Below, piece by piece: positions 11,701-23,700 of a stretch of DNA of 64,000 bases. Every line of letters begins with the position of its first letter. The stretch's first letter is position 1. Made by a program: the position numbers and the translations under genes. Source of the DNA: Phoronis australis (taxonomy: Eukaryota > Animalia > Phoronida). The stretch is from assembly GCA_002633005.1 (NCBI GenBank), contig NMRA01000206.1:393250-457249 (forward strand), in the 5' to 3' direction. The notes below the pieces were generated by a model, which was not told where the DNA came from, ran no database searches, and saw only the letters and a list, made by a program, of their open reading frames with translations.

Positions 11701-14700
11701 TATGGCAAATACTACAGTGAATGTGCAAAATTGTAGACTTTTGACTTTAGAGCACAGCAAGCCTATGGTAGCCATGGAAACATTTCAGCATGCTTCACAA
11801 TCAAGATAACACTATAATAGACTATAATTCAAACTTCAAGTGCAGTTAACAGTATTCCTTAATGAAAAAATTCTCCAGTTTGGTACACAATATGGCGGAC
11901 AAGTGAAATCTCATTTTGTCAAAATTTTTAACAAAAATAAATTTCCAGGAAAATTTACTTTGCTCTTAGCATGGTTTGTATGGCGTGGTTTTTTACCTAA
12001 CAACATTGGGAAATGTTTGAGCAATTTTTAATAATGTGGTAAGCCTCTGAAAAATGGAAACATGTCAATTTTAGCAATTATTTTGTCCCAAACTGAAGAA
12101 TTTCTACAATACCTCTACAATAACTAGTCATGACAACAGTATTGGCAGACAAAATGTCGTCGTAAAACAACTTTTTTTTGCAGTGCAGGGTTATGGGTTA
12201 TCTGTGTGCATATTCAAATATGTTACAACAATGTCATCTATTTCCAGCCACTACAGCGGAGAGCAAGTCATCCCCCCTCATGAACCACACAAACATTCTC
12301 AGTAACAAGGTTCTTTTCTCACGAACACAATTCTTTTCTCATGAACACATTTTACCCATGAACAAAAGTCTTTTCTCATGAGCACAATTCCTTTCTCAAT
12401 AGCTGCGTGTGCTTTCTGATTTTCTCAAGCACCACAGTTCTAACAGGCACATTTCTTTTCTCACACACCACAATTCATTAGTATGAACGTTTCATTTCCT
12501 GAAAAGCTGGAACACCCGTACGTTGATGAGGACACCAGAGTACCCAGAAAACGTGTATCAACGCCCATACTACTGTAGTTGAACAGCATTCGGATGAACA
12601 TCACCAACACATATGGATAGTCTGAAGGTGAATATTCATAGGCAATACAACTTATACAGTTTCAATATCTTGCACATACATCCACGATTTAATATGGTAC
12701 ACTAGTGATAAGCTCTCTTCAATTTCTGTTTGCAAAATTGAATTTTCCCACTCTCTAGTAGAGATATTTAAAAGTTCAAAAAGTTCACCACCGTTTTCTT
12801 CAATAAACACTGATGAAGTCAATTTTTTCAAAGTTTAGTTTTGAGGGGAAATTTCACAAAAATTAAAAGTTTAAAATCTAAATTGACGAAGATTTACCGT
12901 TAAACTCCTAGTAATACAAGCATGGGTACTAAATAAAGCACTAGAACTTCAGCACTCCTTCATTATCGTGCTAACAACTAGACTATGTACAATTCAGTCC
13001 ACATCATAAAAACATCATGCAACTCTCGTGCATACAAACCAGAACTGGTAGATGTAGCATTGGGGAATATGTCATCGGGCTGTCCTATCTCTGAAACGTC
13101 AATTTCAACGATGTTGACTTATGTTACATTTGAACCTATTTTGAATGAGCTGTGAAAGTTGAACAAAACCAAGAACTCGGTCTCGATTTACCGAAAATAT
13201 AAAATTTTCCTCATCTCGACATGACTAATCTAACTTATATTATATTACGGCTACCACCAGAATAATAATTCTTATATCTCCTTATTCTAGGTTTTGACTT
13301 CATACTAATTACTGAATTGTAGACAAAATTAACATATTTCCAACATAAATTATAGTCATTGTTCTCATGCAAGCAAGTCTAACTGAATGCTAGCACAGCA
13401 GAGTCTTACAAGTTTATGTACTCAGTTCAGAAAACGTATTGAATAACGTAATCAAAGCTGGACTTGTAAAGTGAGGCCAATAGTTACGAATAAGTAAAGA
13501 ACTGGACCAGTTAAGTGTTAAACATCGGTTATGTACAAATAAAGTAATGTCAAGCAAGTCATTAAGAGCAGATAGACTAAGTTAGAGATAAATCTAAATA
13601 AAGAAACTGAATAGAAGCTGTTTCATTGCGAAGTATCAGCGTGGGATAATACAAGAAGTATTAATACAAAATTGATGTTTATGAGCGCTAAGAAATGGAG
13701 AAGAGAGGAGACATTTCTATGTAGAAGCAATGTTAGTGTCAGTTGAGCAGAGGAATATTCAGAGCAACGCTATCAAGGCATGAAGGTTGATATCAGTAAA
13801 TGGAAACTGAGTGCATCAGAAAAGCTGCAGTGCCATGACGTAACAGTTTAAACCATCTTACCTTGCGAATAGCTTATGTATGCAACCGAACCGCGTAAAA
13901 TTTTAACTTCTATAATCAGTGAAATTGCATGTGAAAATAAAGTAAATTTCACAAAGAAATTGAAAAAAAAACAAAAAATAAGAAGAAGGATTATATTGTT
14001 AAAATATCTAAAAGTGCACAAAACATTGAGCATATAAATTGAAAATGACTAGATTTTCACATGGCTCAGATGCCAAATAACAATTTCTCCAGACTAATAG
14101 ATCCGACAAATCAAAACTCGTCCCTTGCCACATACGTTATACAAGTTCTTAACCGATAATGAGGCAACGACAGAAACGGTCATACACTCATTTTTGCCCA
14201 GCAATCACACAGCATCATACTGCAATCATACTGGACAATTCTTTGGTAAAAAATTTTCACCATTAAAATTCCATACGTTCAAACCGTTACAAGAAAAACG
14301 CACAGCATCTAACTTCTAATTAATTCTGTATGTTGTACTATGGTTGTACATTTCGCTTAATTGACCACTGTACAACGTGTGAGACAGTGACTTCAGTTAT
14401 CCTATAGCGCCTCCTATTGGTGAGAACAGGTTACAGCCAGAGGAGCCATGCATATAACCTAGAAAGAGCAAAGGCCAGCAGGGATTTGGGGCAGTTATGG
14501 CTGCAAGGACCATAACTTGAGAGGGGTTTAACCGTGATAGTGATCAAAACGTCCAAATGAAGTGGTACAAGCGGGATAGTTTTGCAAATGAAGAACCAAC
14601 TTGGTTCCATCGTCAACAAGAATGTTGAATCCGTACTGGCCTAGACTAGAAAGTTAGCCGTTACAGACTAAAGAAGCACCGTACACCTGCTTGACACTTT

Positions 14701-17700
14701 AACTCGGTCCAGTTTATATGTTACAAAGTTTCCTAACTCTAAAATGGGGAGCCAGTCCTCAGGCTCCGTGTACTGACTAGCAACTTAAGTGTATATGTTA
14801 CTTTAATACTGAAACCCATGTTTTGCTGAGAAAACCCAGATTCATTCCAAGCCATTGTGGCGCTATGAGCACCACAGGCTGGAGGACGGCATGACTACTC
14901 ATATGACAAATGTTAAAACTCACATGAACTACTTTAACTAAAAAACATCGAGTGACAATAATCAAAATAAACTCTGACATCAAAGCAACTCGGCTGAGAT
15001 CAATTCGCGGTCAACAAGAATCAAATACGGTAAAAATGGCACGCAAAAAGTACGGAAATATATGTAAGGACATAAACGAGAAAACCTTTCCACAAAAGCA
15101 CTGGACGGAGCATGATGCACAGGATGGCCATCTTACAATTACTGCCCCTAGGTGGCATAACTAGAGATTTCACAGGCAGTAACATAACTAATTCCAATAC
15201 ATAACAGTGCGATGACAGCAGGCGATCATTATATTGCTCAACACTGAGTGTCAAGCAAGATATGATCAGCCGTGTGCACCACACAACACACGCAGACATC
15301 AACAGTCATTTACACTCTGAACAATTGAACATACATCACTGGTTGAGACTGTAGAATATAGCTCTCAGCAAGCTCAATGCTTGCTCATTCGTAATTAAGA
15401 CTTATATCTACAGAAGTAGGAAACAGTGATTCTTCATCTATTTAGCAGTATTAGGGAAAATTTGCGGACAGAAAATTTTATTATTTCCATCAAGGTACTA
15501 AATGTTTACAGTAACACACCATGTGGATACATGAAAATGTTGTGCTGGCGCTTATTTTCAGAAATTTCATGAAGTGCCAATCTTTTTTCAAACTTGATAC
15601 AAATCGTGGTGTTCGGTATTTGATATACACACATAGACATACATGATGAACACCCAAAATTGTCCATGTCCCAATCTTCAGAATCAAGAACTCCCAATTT
15701 CCGCTTGAATTTAGCTGGTGAGTCCAAATTTTAGAAACAAAAAATATCTAGTATACCTGACTAACAGTCACCTAACAGTCTCCATAAAGCAATACTACGC
15801 AACATTTTGACACTAGGTGGCCATTCTGGCAAGTTTGATAGTGCGAAACAAATAAAGAACAACTGAATCATTTAGTTGAGGGCTTTGAGACAACTCATAA
15901 ACATCTTAATACTTGGGTACACAAAACAGCATAACACCACGTCGTTTACACTGGTACCGTCGTAACAGCCTCCACCAGTATTTATAATAGGGGTCATTTA
16001 ACAAGCAGTACAACTGATCCGGACGGAGTTTACTTCGCTCACCTCCGTTGGTGGGACAGTCCCGCCCCCCACGGCTGCACGCCCGCTGCTCTGTCTTCAT
16101 GGTTCCCGCCATCAGAAAACTGTCCCTCTCCACGTTGGCTTTACACTCAAACTTGTAACGCACTTCCTTGTACGAACCATCAGGGCGGGTTCCATTAGCT
16201 ACCACCCATTGCGTCCATGCCGATGACTTTCGTTTTACTATATAAAAAAATGAGATTAACCTAGTCAGAAAGGTACTATCACCTGTATTATGGTTAGACC
16301 CCCAACGGAACAGAACTGTAATTACTTGAACATTTTTGCAATAGTCTTCCTTTAGAAAGATTTAGATTGAAATTTCTGCAGTTTCTATGCCGACTGTACA
16401 TATAATTTTCTCATATGTCTAAGTTCACGTGCCCCTACAGGAAATAGCATGTTTTTAAAAGAATTATACTTTTACTCCGGGATTTTGCATATAGGCACAT
16501 TTACGTGTGTCTTAAATGGAGTGTTTTCACTTATTCCTGTCCACTCTAACAACTTAATCTAAAGTTATATTGAGCACTGTTTAAGGTAATGTGACTATTA
16601 CCCTGGGACATCCTGTGTCACACAATGGCAAGTGTTGACTATTTTCATTCAATTTTGCAATAACCAAGCTGTGGAACAAAGCAATTCAACACTCGTTGTA
16701 TTCTATAGTGATAATGGAGTTCATATTTTTGATTCGACAAACCAGTTCATTCTTCTCATCGGGAACAATGTCAGGCAGAGACTAAAACGAGTATAAACCC
16801 GAACGTTGACGATGGACACGTTTGCCTTTCTTCCATTCTTCATCCTCACAGCATGTGGGAACACCATTATTATTATTATCATTATTATTATCATATGATG
16901 TCATTACTACACCTCAAGGACAGATAGCCTACAGCAACTGACTTACTTGAACAGGGGGCAGTCTTACAATCCTTCCAATCCTGGTCATTGCCCACACAGC
17001 TACGACCGCCGAATGCGGGTGACGGGTTACTGCAGCGTCGACGTCTCAACTGCATGCCACCACCGCACTGCTTTGAGCATGACGACCACTCTAGCCAGCC
17101 TGACCACTGACCATCACCTGGACATTGGTAATATAGACTTAAGGTCAAGACGCCAACTGCAATTGCTTTTATTTTAACACAAATAATGTTACAATTATTG
17201 ATTTGTTGTAGGCATCCCTTTACAATCCAACTGAATATTTTTAATTAACATAAATAAATGCTTCGCACTCTGATAAAGAGTGAAGCTAGTGGCTGTTAAA
17301 TGACCTATTATGACCCAGCAGTACAGTAGCTTTAAAAATCCAGAAATCAATCAGCTCAATAACTTGTGATGAACAGGTGGTTATACTTACGAGGACACAC
17401 TGGGTTATGAGAGCACCGTTGAGTTTCTTCACGAGCTCCGGTACAGGCCCGCCCCCCAAATTGTGGGGCGGGGCTACTACAATGGCGTGTCCGTCGTCTC
17501 CGTGTGTTTTGGCCACAAGTGGCACCACAGGCTGACCACTGAGACCACTCACCCCATCTACCATGCACTGAAGGAAACAAAATTGTAGGCATAATACAAA
17601 GGAAGCAAACAGGACAGGCGATTCAAAAATGGATCCGACTTACAATAAAATATAAAAAATAATTGCAGGCGGTCTGATACACGTTGTATCAGACGTGCGC

Positions 17701-20700
17701 AGGCCTCGCATGTGGGCCCATTGCACTGATCACCTGGAAATATTTTTATGCTTTATTGATATATGGTTAAAACCGAGCTGAGGAGCTAGAAACCTGGCTC
17801 AAGGGTTTAGCAGAGTGACCTGGTGGGACTTGAACCCAAGACCTCGAGTAAAGAAAGCGGGCACTTATCAACCAGGCCACACTGCCTCCTCACGACTTAC
17901 AATAACCCTACATGCTGGGTGTAGCATTAAACATGCTTTATTTGTCTAGGTAAAAATACAGAAACTGTACAGCAGAGAAAAAGAAGCTAGATTTTTGCAT
18001 ACAGAAAACGCGAAAATTGACCAAGTCCACTAAAGTGACAAGCTTGTGTTTTACATCATGTAACTTTTGTCAACAAAGATGTTTGTAACTTACTCAAATT
18101 AAACCATCACTCCTAAATACAATACAAACAAGAAAACTGAAATATTTTGGTCACATTGAAAGGCATGACACCATCTGCAAGAACATACTGGAAGGAAAAA
18201 CAGAAGGGGTGAGAGCAAGAGGTAGACAACGCAGAAAGTGGCTGGACGACATCAAGGACTGCAAGAATGTACCAGAAAGGCAAAGAGCAGAGCAGAATGA
18301 CGGGTCATTTCAAGTTGACCTCTAAGGAGATGACACCACATGATGATGAACTTTTATCACTTCACCAAAATATTCACTCTAACTATACACTAGAACAGGT
18401 GGTTAGTGTAATGGGCCCAACTGTACGGTCTAACCACACCTGCAGCACCGCAGAAGGCACCAGGTCACCTGTCTAGAAGGTCCTGTAATTAAAGAAAAAG
18501 CATCACATTTTCATATCATTATTTTCAAGCAAAGAGAATAATCAACTGAAGGTCTCACCTGTACAATTCACCACCTGTATAGATGACCCCCGACAAGGCG
18601 ACCCGCCCATCATGGGTGAGGGGTTATCACAGCGCCGTGACCTGCACTTGCACTGAGTCATCGTGTCAACTGACTGTTCGCATGACTGCCAATGGTCCCA
18701 GTCTGACCACTGTCCATCCATTCTGTAGCTGGTGACAGGACAAGAAGTCATTCTCTGCACTGTATACTGATTGTGTTCCACGCAGACCCTGCGGACACTG
18801 TGCCAACCGCAATAGGGATCCATGGCATTAAGACAAGACCTAAATACAAACAATGAAATTTACAAATACATTACAATAGCTTTGTACTCATATGTAGTAC
18901 GTAGACGTATGTAGAATTGTATTACTTTAAATTATTTTCCGAAAGTTTGGAGATCGAACTGGCTAACGACGTCGAGACGACATTGACCTACCTTTTTAAC
19001 TTTCCATGTCAGAGGTCACTGTTGGAGTAGTGTGGGAGGTGAATACGGAAAACTTAATTACATGGTCGTATTTCCCTCGACAGAATTAAAGCGTATGGCA
19101 TTAAATGAAATATGAAATGCAATTTAATTCCCCAGAAATTAATAAACAGACTCGATGACTCAGGTGCTAGACATAAGACTCACCTTCTGTCCTTGAAGCG
19201 CCCACACCTGTGTACAGGTAACTTCATCAGCTTCATCTCAGAACCCACATAAAGAAATCCCTGAAACATCGGGAATGGAAAAAACTTGCAAAAGTAAAAA
19301 AAAAAACGGATATCATATCACAGAACACGATTATAAATTCATAAAAACTGACGTAACATTTTTTTTGCATTTGCCCTCTTTCAAATTATCTCTTCTTAAT
19401 AACTTTATAGATACTGCATTTAAACTAACATTCAAAAACACACCTCCATGATTTTCATGCTCTTAATTGGCTGCACAGCATCCTCGGGAAACAGGCGAAG
19501 TTCTTCCACCAGACATGCCTCCTGTTGGCCAGCAAGTTGTACTAATTTTTTGACTACGCCGTCCAGAGTGGCAACAAACAAGACATGGTACGTGCCGTGA
19601 TGGACAACATCCACCGCAATGTGGCTCCACCTGTGGGAGAAATTGAAGTTACAGGACAGGAAACCTAGACTGTCAGTATCTGGACTCATCAATAGTCGGA
19701 CTGGATCTTTATATCCGGTGCCAAATATTGCAAGCCCTATGGCTAATTGTCAGAGAACAGAGAGGTTGAACTACCTCACACCCCCCCCTCCCGAACAGTC
19801 CAGATTCACCTATGTTTGTTAACAGTAGAACATGAGATGGGATAGGTTGTGCAGACCCAGTGTGACTCACAACTGTCAAGCCTGAGTGTAGCCACTGGAT
19901 TGTCCATCACTTATGGAACTGTAACCAAAGGAAGGTGTGAATCAGTATAAGCTCAACCACTTGATGTTTACAGCTGTACCACTCTAACGAATCCACACAA
20001 ACAGCCACGGGTTCAGAACAACTCCCCCTAGTGAATCATGGGTTCTCTATCCTGAAAACTCACCTTTCGTTCTCTCCACTCGCCAGGGGGCGTATGTGGT
20101 TGGGTTGGACAGCCTTATCCATCAGTTGATAGCGTACTGCGTTACTCAAGAGCTGCTGTACTGCTGGTAGGTTCTCACGAGCCAGTCTGGGACTGGGTGA
20201 ATCAGGCCCGGGGGGACACTGAAACAAACAGCATGGGGTCAACAGACTACTTAAAGCCTTCGATGATTTTTGACCTATTTATTTCTTTTAATGAATAGTA
20301 CATAGAATGAGAATCATTGCCCACAAATCGCTAACATTATAGGCAGGTGGTTAAAAAATAATTAAGATTACTTGGTGATTCAAAAACCGATCTTATATTC
20401 TAACTCAAAGAGATTATGCTTGAAAACACAAAACATGCTGAAACACATCCCCATTCACTTCCTTCAGTTATCAGAGAAGTAACGTTATTTATTTCTTGTA
20501 ATTGGAACCATAAACTAGAGTAAGACACTTAATTTCAACCAGTCAAAACTCAGTCAAGTACCACCCATAGCCACAGTTCAGTTGCTATAAATCACTGTGT
20601 TGATATAACCAAACCAGTATTATACAAATTTTAAGTCCATGCTTGTGTCGGACAATAGCTTGACATGCAGCCCCACCTGGTGTTGGCTCGTAGGATTAGG

Positions 20701-23700
20701 CTTTCTCTCCCAGGCCATGCGTGATGTTGCCTGATACTTCACTGCCCCGTGAAACGTCTGTTGTAGCGATGTCATGTTGAATACGCACACAGCTGAGCCA
20801 TGAATGGAATTGCTGAAGAAGTCGAACTTACAGGTAAGTAAACACTACACTACAGTAAAGATAATGGTCAGATATAACTTGCACGAAAGTGAACACTACA
20901 CTACAGCAAAGATAATGGTCAGATATGACTTACAGGTAAGTAAACACTACACTACAGCAAAGATAATGGTCAGATATGACTTGCAGGTAAGTAAACACTA
21001 TACAACCCTACAGCAAAGATAATGGTCAGACATAACTTGCAGGTAAGTAAACACTACACTACAGCAAAGACAAAAGTCAGATATAACTTGCCCGCACTTT
21101 TAGAACCAGTTTTCACCACTGAATATCGGGCATCAAAATGTGGTCACCTTATATCCGCCTATCGCCACGGCAGTTTGAGAATAACAACACATTGTAGGTT
21201 TAGTATAATCATTTATGGCAGCTATAATCAGTACTAACTGTTCATAATGAAGTACAATCATATTCAATTTGGATTCTTCTGAGAAACTTTAAAGCAATTT
21301 TGAACGTGATGAGATTAAAAAAATACCAAAAAGTGCAGCCTTTGTCATTTTTATCATACGTTAAGGCACAGCTAAAACAGAAATCATTTGACCTAGCCTC
21401 TGACAACTAGCAAATACCCACCACGACAATTATATGACCATTTAAGTTAAACTTACATGGGAGTGGTAAAAACAGCATACAGCAGACCCTCCTCTTTGAC
21501 CAGGTGAGTGCTCTGTAGCTCGTCATAGTAGAATGGATAATCACCGGCTATTGAACAGTTCAGTCTGGCCTTCATGAATGTTGTCCAGTTGTCTTCCAGG
21601 AGCGAGTCTTGACCACCCCGGTCATTCTTACAGACACGGGCCACTCGGGAGTAGACCGCCTGGGAATTAACAACACACGTAGGAGAAAATTTACAACTGA
21701 GAAAGTTTAGAGCTTAGAATAAGTCGTCAATGAAAAATGCATCTGTATTTGACCAGATTCAATAAAAAATTTCAAAACCGTAAAAATTTAATACACAAAA
21801 AAATTAAGATTATCTCTGCCATATCACACAAGTCTTGCATCAGCAGATCTCTGTATCTATAGATGAACAGACGAAAAGGACAGGTTTTTGATTTTTTTGA
21901 AATCCTAGTGATGAGGACACAAGAGGAAAGAAGTACAGTGCAAACCCCAACAGTATTCAGACAAAATGACCCAGAATTCTCTCTCATGACGGCTGATCAG
22001 AAGCCTAATTCATCGTCAGTGTAGTCATGACAACAGAACTGTATTTTGTCTGATTACGTTTGTCTTGTACTGTAATCCATGCTACAACACGCACTACACG
22101 TGCAATGCCGAGACTTTAAGGACATCTACAGGTAAACAAACTGACTAGTTATAATAGAGATATTACCTTGCCACAGTTGGTGTATTCTACAGCTGGCTCA
22201 CGGAAGAAGAAATACACGTAGTCACTGACTTCATACGAAGACACGAACTGAGGAACTGAAAGAAATACATCATAGCTTAAATTACAGATACAGTATTGTG
22301 ATAACTATGACATGATGAACTAACATAAAACAAATTTTCTTACATCCCATTACCCGATAGTATGCCTATTCGGGGAAATAATCAATGAAGACGTGCCCAC
22401 ATTTTGAGAACCAGTTTGATGCCCATTTTTCAGTGTAAAAACTGGTTCTCTAAATGCCGGCATGTTATATACAGCTTCAGTCCACATATGGGGTAAGGAA
22501 GAAGACAGAACAAATGGGCCATATGGCCATGCATTACCCAACAAAGACCAGCTAACAGTTCCAACACAGGGAAAGGTAGCAAAGAACAAAAGAGCAGCAC
22601 CACGCACGAACAATGACATCACAAGAAACGACATATTCAGAAACTTGTAAAGAGCAACAATAATAAATTTTGGATGGGATTTGGTGGGAGGGGGATCCCG
22701 AGAACAACACCAAATGGCTGGGGCGTGATCTTAGGGAAATCAGAGAATACAAATTGAACATGCCATTATCACAGATTTGAACAGGCCAGTTCATCAAAGT
22801 GAAAACAAACATCTTGATTCATTCATTATCTTAATGCCATCAGCGTAATGAGTAAAAGCATGAAATCACGTGTAATTTAGCGACTTGTAGTTTGCTCAGG
22901 AATTTCGACCATTCCCAGTAGGTGTGCTGGCCGCCTAGGACTGTTTATCACAATGAAATTGCATTTTGGCACGACGGGAGACCACAGATGGCATACAGAT
23001 TTTATGGGTATCACAATATACTTGGTATGCCAGCGAATTTTGTATGAAACACATTGCAAAAGATCAGGACACCGTGTTGCAAGTGCAACCAAAGCACAAG
23101 ACGGAGACGTGGTCACAACAACAAAACAATGAAAGCGCTCCGAGGAGCGACACTTGGCGAAATTAACAGAAAAGATGACGATAGTGATGATGGCGAAGTA
23201 GAGGAATATGACGACGATGATGGAGATGATGAGCATTATGATATCATTCATAAGACGAACATTGAGCTCAGAAATCAGTAAGAAATAGGCTAGTCTTGAG
23301 CGGCACTTGGTGAAATTAACAGAAAAGATGACGATAGTGATGATGGCGAAGTAGACGAATATGACGACGACGATGGAGATGACGAGCATTATGATATCAT
23401 TCATATGACGAACATCGAGCTCAGAAATCAGTAAGAAATAGGCTACAGTCTTAAGCGACACTTGGTGAAATTAACTGAAAAGACGACAACGCAGATGAAG
23501 ACGAAGATGACAAATATGATGACGATGGTGATGAGGATGAACAACATCATGACATTCATATGACGAACTTAGATGTCATAAATCAGTAACAAATAGGCTA
23601 CAGTCTTGTTCAATATATGCTTAACCAACATCAATGCAGCAAGACTGCTCAACAAAGGAACAGCGGTATCAGAAAATTACGAATAATTAGAAAAGTAGAC

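Noticed and set aside
13410-13457. Second 48-nt AG...GTAAGA segment in the TSR4-TSR5 intron
   Set aside because: In-frame TAA and weak pyrimidine tract; shows that chance pairs occur
14665-14937. Other tiny AG/GT pairs: 3 nt (14665-14667), 24 nt with stop (14802-14825), 14 nt with strong sites (14924-14937)
   Set aside because: Too short to judge, stop-containing or frame-shifting; possible poison exons but unsupported without RNA data
17775-17800. CTGAGGA-gcta-GAAAC hammerhead-like string
   Set aside because: No stem II and no NUH cleavage triplet
17797-17888. Possible genuine tRNA genes here and at 56450
   Set aside because: A/B boxes are present but I could not fold a complete cloverleaf; called as SINE heads
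20804-21237. Repetitive ORFs, and CRISPR-like appearance of the 51-bp array
   Set aside because: Whole units are repeated with no unique spacers; the ORFs result from the 3n unit length; eukaryotic intron
22877-23461. 194-aa hydrophobic ORF on - strand
   Set aside because: Antisense shadow of the GAT/GAC-rich tandem repeat; internally repeated, no domain recognised
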